A stretch of DNA of 64,000 nt from Bacteroidia bacterium (GTDB lineage: Bacteria; Bacteroidota; Bacteroidia; AKYH767-A; OLB10): the NCBI GenBank assembly GCA_044230205.1, contig JBGARN010000002.1, forward strand, positions 10,479 through 74,478, in the 5' to 3' direction. Shown here in pieces: positions 51,296-60,401 of the stretch (position 1 is its first letter; every line of letters starts with the position of its first letter). The notes under the pieces were generated by a model. That model was not told the DNA's origin. It worked only from the letters and a program-made list of their open reading frames with translations, and made no database searches. The position numbers and the translations under genes are program-made.

Positions 51296-52846
51296 ATGAA
51301 AAAAATTTCTGAACTCTGGGAGCAGAAACCGCTGCTGCTGATTTTATTTCTCGGTGGTTTTTTCAGGCTAATAGCTGTAATACTTTCCAAGGGCTATGGC
51401 ATGAGCGATGATCATTTTTTGGTTATTGAACCTTCTCAATCATGGGTTGACGGGCATGACTATAACAACTGGTTGCCATCCCTCACACCGGGACTTACAC
51501 AAGCAAGTGGCCATAGCATGCTTTACCCCGGCTTACATTACCTCTTCTTTTTAATTTGCGATAAAATTGGTTTTACAGATCCGCAGGGCAAAATGTACAT
51601 TGTCAGACTGCTTCATGCAATCTGGTCGATGCTGGTGGTTTGGATCGGATATAAAATTACATTGCGTATAGGAGGCGTTAAAGCTGCAAAAGCAGCGGGG
51701 CTGCTGCTGGCAATATATTTCTTTATGCCGATGTTAAGCGTGCGCAATCTTGTAGAAATGGTTTGCATTCCTCCACTTGTGCTTGCCACATGGTATTATT
51801 ACCGCTACCAGACTGATGCGCGTAAAGCCGGTTTTTATGCCGGGCTGATGTTAGGCATAGCTTTCAGTATTCGCTTTCAAACGGCAACGTTTATAGCAGG
51901 TTATGGATTGGTGATATTGCTTATGCGCAATTGGAAAATGCTTGCCTGGTTGATTATTGGCGGAGTTTTAAGCGTAGGTATCGTCCAGGCATGCACAGAT
52001 ATGATTATCTGGGGCAGGCCTTTTGTTGAGTTTGCCGAATATGTAAGGTACAACATGGAAAATAGTGAAACCTATGGTGTTAGTGCCTGGTACAAATACC
52101 TGCTGTTGCTGGGTGGAATAATGCTACCGCCCTTAAGTATTATGCTCATGTATGGCTTTTTACAATCGTGGCGTAAGTATCTGATAGTGTTTCTTCCGGC
52201 ATTTATATTTTTTGTTTTTCATAGCATGTTTCCCAACAAACAAGAAAGGTTCATTATGCCTGCAGTGCCATTTATCATTATGGGCGGGACAGCCGGCTGG
52301 TACATGATGCTTGAACAAAGTCAAAAACAATGGATGTATAAACTTACACGTATTGCATTTGTTGTATTTTTTGTGCTTAATACCATTCCATTGTTTGTAA
52401 TATCTGCCGCCTATAGCAAACGCAGCAGGGTTGAAGCAATGGTTTATCTGCGAAATAAGAATGATGCCAATAATTTTTGCATTGAACAATCAATGGATGA
52501 AAGCAGCACATTGCCACCGCTTTATTATTTTGGAAAATGGGGACACGTTTATGAACTGAATGCACTCCGTCCTATGTCACAATTATTGTGCGAGGTTAAA
52601 AATGCCGATTCACTAACACGGCCAGGTTATGTGCTTTTTATTAAGGACGATGACCTGGATAAACGGGTAGCAAAATTTAAAACGTATTTTCCAAACATCA
52701 GTTATGAGACTTTAATTGAGCCGGGATTTATTGACAAAGTGCTGCACAAGCTGAATCCACGTAATAAGAATTACAACATATACATTTATCGCATTAATTA
52801 TAAAACTGAAGAGCAGAAAAATATTGCAGAAGCTAAATGCGACTAA
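51296..52846 (+). CDS. GT-C fold membrane glycosyl/mannosyltransferase (GT22/GT39-like)
   Basis: 516 aa with about 10 TM helices. The N-terminal loop GYGMSDDHFLVIEPSQSW resembles the acidic DE/DD motif of Alg9/PMT-type enzymes. Confidence 0.6.
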   Translation: MKKISELWEQKPLLLILFLGGFFRLIAVILSKGYGMSDDHFLVIEPSQSWVDGHDYNNWLPSLTPGLTQASGHSMLYPGLHYLFFLICDKIGFTDPQGKMYIVRLLHAIWSMLVVWIGYKITLRIGGVKAAKAAGLLLAIYFFMPMLSVRNLVEMVCIPPLVLATWYYYRYQTDARKAGFYAGLMLGIAFSIRFQTATFIAGYGLVILLMRNWKMLAWLIIGGVLSVGIVQACTDMIIWGRPFVEFAEYVRYNMENSETYGVSAWYKYLLLLGGIMLPPLSIMLMYGFLQSWRKYLIVFLPAFIFFVFHSMFPNKQERFIMPAVPFIIMGGTAGWYMMLEQSQKQWMYKLTRIAFVVFFVLNTIPLFVISAAYSKRSRVEAMVYLRNKNDANNFCIEQSMDESSTLPPLYYFGKWGHVYELNALRPMSQLLCEVKNADSLTRPGYVLFIKDDDLDKRVAKFKTYFPNISYETLIEPGFIDKVLHKLNPRNKNYNIYIYRINYKTEEQKNIAEAKCD

Positions 52847-52892
52847 AACATACCTTAATAATCAGATAAAATAATAAAAGGAAATATCACCC

Positions 52893-54947
52893 ATGAACAA
52901 ATTACAAAATTATGCATTGGGCAAATGGACAGCCGGTGCTGATGATGGACAGACACTTTACAATGCAATTACTGGCGATGCTGTTGCAACAGCTTCAAGC
53001 AAGGGATTAGATTTTGCGGCCATGTGCAATTATGCACGTACCGTTGGCGGACCTGCACTTCGTAAAATGACTTTTCATGAACGAGGTCGCATGTTGAAAT
53101 CACTTGCACTTTATTTAAGTGAGCGCAAAGAAAATTTTTATAAAGTGAGTTGGGCTACCGGTGCAACGCGTGCAGATAGCTGGGTTGATATTGAAGGTGG
53201 TTTCGGCAATCTGTTTACATATGCAAGCCTGCGCAGGCAGTTTCCTGATGAAACTTTTTGTCTGGATGGCGATGTGGCCAAACTTAGCAAGGGCGGAAGT
53301 TTTATAGGCCATCATATTTGCGTTCCTAAAGAAGGTGTTGCCATCCACATTAATGCATTTAATTTTCCGGTGTGGGGAATGCTTGAAAAAATTGCAGTGA
53401 ATTTATTTGCAGGAGTTCCTGCAATAGTAAAACCAGCAACAATAACGTCATTTTTAACTGAAGCTGTTTTTAAAGAAATTATTGCAAGCGGTTTGGTTCC
53501 TGAAGGTTCATTGCAATTAATATGTGGAAGCGCCAACGGAATTATTGAACATGTGCAGAATGGTGATGTGGTAACTTTTACTGGTAGCGCAAGCACAGGT
53601 ATGATGCTTAAAAAAAATCCGCGGCTGGCAGAAGAAAGTGTTCCGTTTAATCTTGAGGCTGATTCATTGAATTGCTGCGTACTTGGTGAAGATGCAGTTC
53701 CCGGAAGTGCAGACTTTGATATTTTTATAAAAGAAGTACATCGTGAAATTACTACCAAGGCCGGTCAGAAATGTACAGCGGTTCGGAGAATCTTTGTTCC
53801 GGAAAAATTAGTGGAGGATGTTCAAATTGCCCTGGGTAAGCGCATGCAGACAACTGTTATTGGCGACCCCAATGTGGAAGGTGTGCGTATGGGCTCGCTG
53901 GCTGGTAAATCGCAGGTTAAAGAAGTAACAGAAAAAATTGCATTGCTCGCCAAATCACAGCAGATCATTTACGATGGCCGTGATGCAATGGAATTGAAGG
54001 GTGGTGATAAAGATAAAGGTGCGTTTATGGCTCCGGTTATTTTCTTAAATGCAAATCCGTTTAAAAATTTAGATGCTCATAATGTGGAAGCATTTGGCCC
54101 TGTAAGCACCATTATGCCTTATAAAACAATTGATGATGCTATTGCCTTGTCACGATTAGGGAAAGGCAGCTTAGTAAGTTCTATCATTACATCTGATAGT
54201 AAAGTTGCAAAACAATATGTTCTTGGTTCTGCAAGTATGCACGGTAGAATTTTGGTTTTGAATAAAGATTGTGCAAAAGAAAGTACAGGTCATGGTTCGC
54301 CAATGCCTTTGTTAGTGCATGGCGGCCCCGGCCGTGCCGGTGGTGGAGAAGAAATGGGAGGAAAGCGCGGAGTGTTTCATTATTTGCAGCGCACTGCCAT
54401 TCAGGGTTCGCCCGGTATGCTTACAGATATTACCAATGTGCATCAATATGGTGCTCCTTATAAAGAAAAAGATGTACATGTATTCCGCAAACATTTTGAA
54501 GAACTGGAAATTGGTGAAACTGTTATCACAGCAAAACATACGGTAACACAAACCGATATCACCAATTTTGCAAATGTAAGCGGTGATAATTTTTATGCAC
54601 ACATGGATGCTACTGCATTGGAAGGAACTATTTTTACTGAACGTGTTGCTCACGGATATTTTGTTCTGTCAAAAGCTGCGGGACTTTTTGTAGATGCAAA
54701 AAAAGGACCTGTGTTGTTGAATTATGGTTTGGAAGAATGTCGCTTTACAAAACCGGTTTACCCGGGAATGACCATTGGAGTGCGATTCACGGTTAAAGAA
54801 AAAGTGGACACTGAAAAACGAACTCCCGAAGATGTTGCAAAGGGTATTGTAAAATTTTTGGTTGATGTATATGATGAAACGGGAGAGACCGTTGCTATTG
54901 CAACTATACTTACTATGGTGAAGAAATTGAAACAGGTTTCAAATTGA
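52893..54947 (+). CDS. paaZ: Bifunctional aldehyde dehydrogenase / MaoC hydratase, PaaZ-type
   Basis: 684 aa. The N-terminus closely parallels PaaZ (GATRADSWVDIEGGFGNLFTYASL). ALDH catalytic Cys in GQKCTAVRR. C-terminal hot-dog domain DNFYAHMD...ERVAHGYFVLS. Confidence 0.85.
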   Translation: MNKLQNYALGKWTAGADDGQTLYNAITGDAVATASSKGLDFAAMCNYARTVGGPALRKMTFHERGRMLKSLALYLSERKENFYKVSWATGATRADSWVDIEGGFGNLFTYASLRRQFPDETFCLDGDVAKLSKGGSFIGHHICVPKEGVAIHINAFNFPVWGMLEKIAVNLFAGVPAIVKPATITSFLTEAVFKEIIASGLVPEGSLQLICGSANGIIEHVQNGDVVTFTGSASTGMMLKKNPRLAEESVPFNLEADSLNCCVLGEDAVPGSADFDIFIKEVHREITTKAGQKCTAVRRIFVPEKLVEDVQIALGKRMQTTVIGDPNVEGVRMGSLAGKSQVKEVTEKIALLAKSQQIIYDGRDAMELKGGDKDKGAFMAPVIFLNANPFKNLDAHNVEAFGPVSTIMPYKTIDDAIALSRLGKGSLVSSIITSDSKVAKQYVLGSASMHGRILVLNKDCAKESTGHGSPMPLLVHGGPGRAGGGEEMGGKRGVFHYLQRTAIQGSPGMLTDITNVHQYGAPYKEKDVHVFRKHFEELEIGETVITAKHTVTQTDITNFANVSGDNFYAHMDATALEGTIFTERVAHGYFVLSKAAGLFVDAKKGPVLLNYGLEECRFTKPVYPGMTIGVRFTVKEKVDTEKRTPEDVAKGIVKFLVDVYDETGETVAIATILTMVKKLKQVSN

Positions 54948-55457
54948 AGGCAAATCTTTATACCTTTAAATAAATCAATATGATGCTTCAAAGCGAAAGC
55001 AAAATGAATTTAATTTTAATAGTTGGGAAGGGCGTCAAAATGGAGATTGAATCTACTGGTTTGAAATAAGGTACAGTATGTTAAGGAAGTTAATAAAGAT
55101 GAAACCATAATAAAATTTCACCAGGAAATCTAAAATGAAAAAACTGAACTGGTAGAAATTCATCACAAGTATCCAAAAACTTTAGGGCATCAAAAACTAT
55201 AATAACAAATCAATCAATAGCGGAAAAATTTCAGGCTTCAATGGGAAGAGTGCGAACAGTTTTTAAATCAGCTTGGATATAAAATCAAAATCGAGTTTCA
55301 AAAAATTACTTAAGTTAGGTATAAATTTCAGCAATTGATTTAACAGACCTGCGTTAATGGGCTTTTATCAGCCACAACTTTTCTGCTGATCATATTATAA
55401 ACCCTGCTTGCAGCTTATTTATTTACTTTTAACCTTTTCATATAAAACTTAACGCTT

Positions 55458-56885
55458 ATGAAAATGCTCCTCCTCCTTCTTGTACTTATCAATTGGCAAT
55501 TATCAATTTCCAATTGTCAGCCCTCACAAATAAAACGCACATGGCACTGGTATTTTGGCAACCATGCAGGCATTGACTTTAGCAGTGGCACGGCTGTGGC
55601 TGATACTAACGGTGCTTTAGTAACAAGCGAAGGCTGTGCAAGCATTTGTGACACAGCAGGCAACCTCCAGTTTTACAGCGATGGCAGAACGGTATGGAAC
55701 CGCCTGCACCAGGTAATGCCCAACGGCACAGGCATTTTGGGGGGAGCAAATGGAAGCAGCTCACAGCAAGCATTAATAATACCTAAACCCTTATCACCAA
55801 ATTTATATTATCTCTTTACCACCGATGAAGCCGAAAACTACGGAGCTAACGGCATGCGCTACACAGTTATTGACATGAACCTTGATGGGGGTAATGGCGA
55901 TGTGGTTATAACGGAAAAAAATATTTTGCTCTTTGCACCCTGCACTGAAAAACTTGCTGCCGTTAATCATTGCAATGATACAAGCGTGTGGGTAATGGGG
56001 CATGAACTTAACAATAGCAATTTCCGGGCCTATGTGTTAACTACAAACGGTATTGATACAACTGCCGCAGTAATTAGCACTATTGGCTTTCCCCATTCTG
56101 GTAATGTGTTTGCAGCTATGGCGGGCTCTGCTAAATTCTCTCCTAATGGAACCATGTTGTGCACAGTTACAGACACTGGACTTAAACGGATTGAACTTTT
56201 TCAGTTTGATAATTTCACAGGAATACTTTCAAACAGAATTACGCTTGCAACTAACCATAATATTACTCATGCCATAAGTTTTTCTTCGGATAATACTAAG
56301 CTCTACACTGGTTCAACGAATCAAAACCTTTATCAATATGATGTAAATGTTTATGATTCTATGATGATAATGGCTTCACAAAATATTGTTAGTTTCAACC
56401 TTGGAAATGGGTATCGATTTATGGAAAATGGCCCGGATGGCAAAATATACCTGTTACATTATAACCAAATTGATTCAGTATTGTCCAGAATTGAATTTCC
56501 AGATCTAAATGGAACAGCATGTAATGTAACTATATATTCAGTTAATCTAATATTGAATGCAACCCTGTCAGGGCTTCCAACTTTTAATGAGAGCTATTTC
56601 AGAACTTCAAATACATCAGGTTGCACTACTGGTGCAGAATCATTAGGTTCAAATAACTTAATAAAAATTTTTCCTAACCTAGCCAGAGACTGGATTTATT
56701 TAGAGGGAAACGGAATAACGTCTGTAATGCTTATGGATGTTTTAGGCAGGGTTATTATTGATAAAGTTACTGATGCCGCTTCCCTCACTCAGGAAATATA
56801 TGTTTCCGGCTTAAGTAATGGCATGTACGTGCTTATTGCAAAAGCAAAAAATAAAACTCTTCAAACTAAAATTATCAAACAATAA
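55458..56885 (+). CDS. T9SS type-A cargo with an N-terminal domain paralogous to that of the 37329 type-B protein
   Basis: 475 aa with a signal peptide. Motifs shared with the 37329 protein: GIDFSSGT, GNLQFY, YTVIDMNLDGGNGDV, FSP.G.K, LYQYD. C-terminus IFPNLARDWIYLEG...LSNGMYVLIAKAKNKTLQTKIIKQ. Confidence 0.75.
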   Translation: MKMLLLLLVLINWQLSISNCQPSQIKRTWHWYFGNHAGIDFSSGTAVADTNGALVTSEGCASICDTAGNLQFYSDGRTVWNRLHQVMPNGTGILGGANGSSSQQALIIPKPLSPNLYYLFTTDEAENYGANGMRYTVIDMNLDGGNGDVVITEKNILLFAPCTEKLAAVNHCNDTSVWVMGHELNNSNFRAYVLTTNGIDTTAAVISTIGFPHSGNVFAAMAGSAKFSPNGTMLCTVTDTGLKRIELFQFDNFTGILSNRITLATNHNITHAISFSSDNTKLYTGSTNQNLYQYDVNVYDSMMIMASQNIVSFNLGNGYRFMENGPDGKIYLLHYNQIDSVLSRIEFPDLNGTACNVTIYSVNLILNATLSGLPTFNESYFRTSNTSGCTTGAESLGSNNLIKIFPNLARDWIYLEGNGITSVMLMDVLGRVIIDKVTDAASLTQEIYVSGLSNGMYVLIAKAKNKTLQTKIIKQ

Positions 56886-56897
56886 AATTCGTAAACA

Positions 56898-57090
56898 ATG
56901 AAAAATTTAAATCATATAGTGAAAGCAGTGTTTATCGGGATGATGATATTGTTTTCGACAAAAATCAGCAATGCCCAATGGCAATGAGCTTATGATAGAA
57001 AGAAAAAACTTAGATGCCGGAATTTATTTTTATAAGCTTACCAGGAGCACTTCTAACGTTGTTTTTAACGGAAAGATGATTTTAAATTAA
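56898..57090 (+). pseudogene. Collapsed T9SS cargo relic: signal peptide fused, out of frame, to the last ~35 residues of a type-A CTD
   Basis: 56898-56987 encodes MKNLNHIVKAVFIGMMILFSTKISNAQWQ*. The overlapping frame 56971-57090 encodes MPNGNELMIERKNLDAGIYFYKLTRSTSNVVFNGKMILN*. Confidence 0.5.
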
Positions 57091-57114
57091 AAATATCTGA
57101 AACCGGATTAAATA

Positions 57115-57122
57115 TATTTTTG
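57115..57122 (+). promoter_or_regulatory. Candidate -7 box TATTTTTG
   Basis: TAnnTTTG match 26 nt upstream of the dienelactone hydrolase ATG. Confidence 0.25.
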
Positions 57123-57148
57123 CATCGGTTAATTAATAAACATCCATT

Positions 57149-57991
57149 ATGAAAAAGCTATTATTGTATTTCATCACCCTAATTGTATTTCAATTTTCAT
57201 ATGCTCAAACCAAATCATGTTGCGCACCAAGTTCAACACAGGAGTTTGCCATGCTTTCAAAGGACGAATCATTTGTTGCGTCACATCTTTCTCCTTTACC
57301 TTTTACATTAGAAGGAGGTAAGGGTAAAATGATCACCATCAAAACAACAGGGTCAAAAGCCAATGCTTATGAAGTGAAAGCTGAAAAGCCCACAAAAAAT
57401 TACTTATTTGTTATTCATGAGTGGTGGGGTCTTAATGATTATATTAAACGCGAAGCAGAGCGTTTACAAAAGGAGTTAGGCAACCTGAATGTAATTGCTA
57501 TTGATTTATATGATGGACAAATTGCCACTGATGCCGATTCCGCTGGTAAAATTATGAGCAGCATTAAAGATGAGCGTGCCCGCGAAATCATAAATGGTGT
57601 AATTAAATATGTTGGCAAGGATGCAAAAATATCTACCATCGGCTGGTGCTTTGGCGGTGGCTGGAGCTTGCAGGCTGCATTGATGTGCAAAACACAGGCT
57701 GCAGGTTGCGTAGTGTATTATGGCTATCCTGAATTAAATCTTGATAAATTAAAATCACTTAATTGTTCGGTATTGGGTTTGTATGCAAAAAATGACGACT
57801 GGATTAATCCAGAGTTAGTTTCAAGATTTGAAAAAGCAATGAAAAGTGCCGGCAAAAATCTTACGGTAAAATCATACGATGCTGTTCATGCATTTGCCAA
57901 TCCAAGCAATCCAAAATACAATAAAGAAGCAGCAACAGATGCTCATGCCCGTGTATTGGAGTATTTATCGGGAGTTTATGGTAAGAAATAA
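57149..57991 (+). CDS. Dienelactone hydrolase family protein (secreted)
   Basis: 280 aa with a signal peptide: VIHEWWGLNDYIK, nucleophile motif IGWCFGGGW, C-terminal His in DAVHAF. Confidence 0.85.
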   Translation: MKKLLLYFITLIVFQFSYAQTKSCCAPSSTQEFAMLSKDESFVASHLSPLPFTLEGGKGKMITIKTTGSKANAYEVKAEKPTKNYLFVIHEWWGLNDYIKREAERLQKELGNLNVIAIDLYDGQIATDADSAGKIMSSIKDERAREIINGVIKYVGKDAKISTIGWCFGGGWSLQAALMCKTQAAGCVVYYGYPELNLDKLKSLNCSVLGLYAKNDDWINPELVSRFEKAMKSAGKNLTVKSYDAVHAFANPSNPKYNKEAATDAHARVLEYLSGVYGKK

Positions 57992-58019
57992 GAATCTGTA
58001 ACATTAATTAAACCTTAAG

Positions 58020-58047
58020 AACCTGTCAATAAAGGCAGGTTTTTTTA
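58020..58047 (+). terminator. Rho-independent terminator
   Basis: AACCTGTC-AATAAA-GGCAGGTT is an 8-bp stem including one G-U pair. It is followed by TTTTTT, about 30 nt after the stop. Confidence 0.7.
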
Positions 58048-58111
58048 TTTCATATCACGAGTGTCATTGAAGCACTTTTATATTTTAGCATTCTGATCGG
58101 CAATAGTTCTT

Positions 58112-60391
58112 ATGATTAAATGGCTTAAACGCATTTTGCTTTTCCTCCTAATGGCAATTGTTGCCTCGTTTGCCCTTGCTTTTATTTTTATTTCTCCCAT
58201 TACAAAATATTTGATTGAAAAGTATGATAAGGAGTACACCAACCGCGAAATCACCATTGATAAATTATGGATAAATCTGCTAACCGGATCTGTTCGTATT
58301 AATGGAATAACAATTCATGAATTAAATGGGGCAGATTCTTTTTTTACTGCGACTGAAATTTACCTGAATGTTGAGGAACACAAATTATTGGCCGGAATTT
58401 ATGAAATTGAAAAAGTATCCCTGAATCAGGCATCATGTGTTATTACACGTAATGGCAGAAAGTTTAATGTGGATGATATGATTGAAAAACTCCAATCACA
58501 AAATACATCATCCGCAAATAGTGAACCTGTTCAATACAAGATTAATTCTGTAAAAATTAATAATTGCTCATTTACCTATGACAACATTGGTGTAGGAAAT
58601 AAAATGGAAATTGATCAGATTGACCTGCAAACCAATAATATTGCATGGGATGTTGATCAACAGCTTTTCAATTATAAGTTCAGGTTCAAATCGGGAGGAG
58701 TTATAAAGGGGCAAACCGGAATCAATAAAAAATCACTGAACTATTTTACCAATATCGATATTAAGCAATTCGATTTGCATGCTTGGTTTTATTACCTGAA
58801 AGACTTAATGAATATAAAAGCGCTTGAAGGTAAAATTACAACTACGATGGTAATTAAGGGGAATCTGAATGAGCCCGAAGCAGTTGCATTAAAGGGCGAC
58901 TTTAATCTTGATGATTTTGCAGTTGTGGACCCTTTAAACAATCCTATTCTATCCTGCAAATTATTTGAAATGAATATTGATAGTATCGATATAAAAGCAG
59001 GCAGGTATCAATTGCAAGAAATTATTTTTAATCAGCCGTTTATCAAAGCTGAATTGTATAACAACGGGAATAATTTTCTTCGTTTACTTAATGACACCGT
59101 TTCATCAATTGATGAAGTGGTGGCAAGCAGCGCTGAGGAAGGAAATTTATTTACAATGATGGTCAGCTATGTAGAGGACATTGAGAAAAATTATGCTGTT
59201 ACCAATTATAGTTGTGATAAAATCGATATTATAAACGGGCATGTTGAGTTTAATGATTATACCTTAAATGAACATTTCAATGCCAATATTACTAACCTCA
59301 CAATGAATGCCCGCAACCTGAAAAGGAGCAACAAGCAGATTGAATTGGCGGCTACAGGAATTTTAAATCAATCAGGAAAACTGGCAGCTGATTTAAAGCT
59401 GGATCCACTCAACTTTAAAAATCTTAAACTTGACTATACCATAAACGATTTACGTGTAAGCGATTTTAATCCATACATGGTTTACAATGTTGCTTTTCCA
59501 TTTCTGGGTGGCATAGTAGTTTTTAAAAGCAGCAATCAGATTGATAACAATTTCCTGGTTAGTTCAAACGACCTGCAGATCATTAAAGTTGAATTAGGCG
59601 GCAAGGTAAATGATAAACCATTATACCGGCTTCCTATGAAACTTGCCATTTCATTACTTAAAGATAAAAATGGTGATATAAAATTAAATATTCCGATTGA
59701 AGGCGACCTGAGTGATCCTAAATATAAAATTGGTAAAGTAATATGGCAGATTATTAAAAACATTTTTATTAAAGCCGTTAATGCTCCCGCTAAATTGCTT
59801 TCCAATGTGTTTAAAGGTAATGAAGAAGAACTGAGTGAAATAAAATTCAACTACCTGCAAAATGAAATTACACAAAAACAATATCAGCAATTGAATAAAA
59901 TTGCTGAAGTACTTGAAAACAAACCTGAGCTAAACGTTGAATTAATGCAATTGACCAATTACAAAATGGAAGAAGAGTTTTTTGCTTTGTTTCTTGTAAA
60001 GAAAAAATTCTATGAGAATCAACATAGACTAACACTTGCTGATTCAATATCAAAAGAACTCACTGATTCGATAAAAGCAGTTGATCAGCGCGACAGCGCA
60101 TTTATTAAATTTGTAGATGAGCAATTGAATACAAACGATAATTTAACTCCCATTCAGGAAAAATGCCGTGAAATTATTGGAGAAGATATTTTGAGAGAGC
60201 AATTAATGCAAAGCATTAACAGAAGAGATAATGTGTTGCTTGATTACCTGGTAACTCAAAAGAAAATTCCTGCTTCCAGAATCCGTGTAATTACAAATAC
60301 TGATCAGCAAAAATCACACTCGCAAACTGTTTCAAAATATATAATTAAATTTTTTGTCGATGGTGATAACCAGCCAGACATTGAAAATTGA
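58112..60391 (+). CDS. DUF748 / AsmA-like large envelope protein
   Basis: 759 aa with an N-terminal TM anchor and repeated ...I.I.NG.V.F.D... segments (KIDIINGHVEFNDYTL, VKINNCSFTYDN). Family call is tentative. Confidence 0.55.
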   Translation: MIKWLKRILLFLLMAIVASFALAFIFISPITKYLIEKYDKEYTNREITIDKLWINLLTGSVRINGITIHELNGADSFFTATEIYLNVEEHKLLAGIYEIEKVSLNQASCVITRNGRKFNVDDMIEKLQSQNTSSANSEPVQYKINSVKINNCSFTYDNIGVGNKMEIDQIDLQTNNIAWDVDQQLFNYKFRFKSGGVIKGQTGINKKSLNYFTNIDIKQFDLHAWFYYLKDLMNIKALEGKITTTMVIKGNLNEPEAVALKGDFNLDDFAVVDPLNNPILSCKLFEMNIDSIDIKAGRYQLQEIIFNQPFIKAELYNNGNNFLRLLNDTVSSIDEVVASSAEEGNLFTMMVSYVEDIEKNYAVTNYSCDKIDIINGHVEFNDYTLNEHFNANITNLTMNARNLKRSNKQIELAATGILNQSGKLAADLKLDPLNFKNLKLDYTINDLRVSDFNPYMVYNVAFPFLGGIVVFKSSNQIDNNFLVSSNDLQIIKVELGGKVNDKPLYRLPMKLAISLLKDKNGDIKLNIPIEGDLSDPKYKIGKVIWQIIKNIFIKAVNAPAKLLSNVFKGNEEELSEIKFNYLQNEITQKQYQQLNKIAEVLENKPELNVELMQLTNYKMEEEFFALFLVKKKFYENQHRLTLADSISKELTDSIKAVDQRDSAFIKFVDEQLNTNDNLTPIQEKCREIIGEDILREQLMQSINRRDNVLLDYLVTQKKIPASRIRVITNTDQQKSHSQTVSKYIIKFFVDGDNQPDIEN

Positions 60392-60401
60392 ATTACCTAT
60401 A

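Noticed and set aside
53312-53758. 148-aa minus-strand ORF inside paaZ (also 53115..53348, 54312..54653, 54758..54991)
   Set aside because: They lie entirely within the strongly supported PaaZ coding frame and have no recognisable motifs. They are typical antisense open frames.
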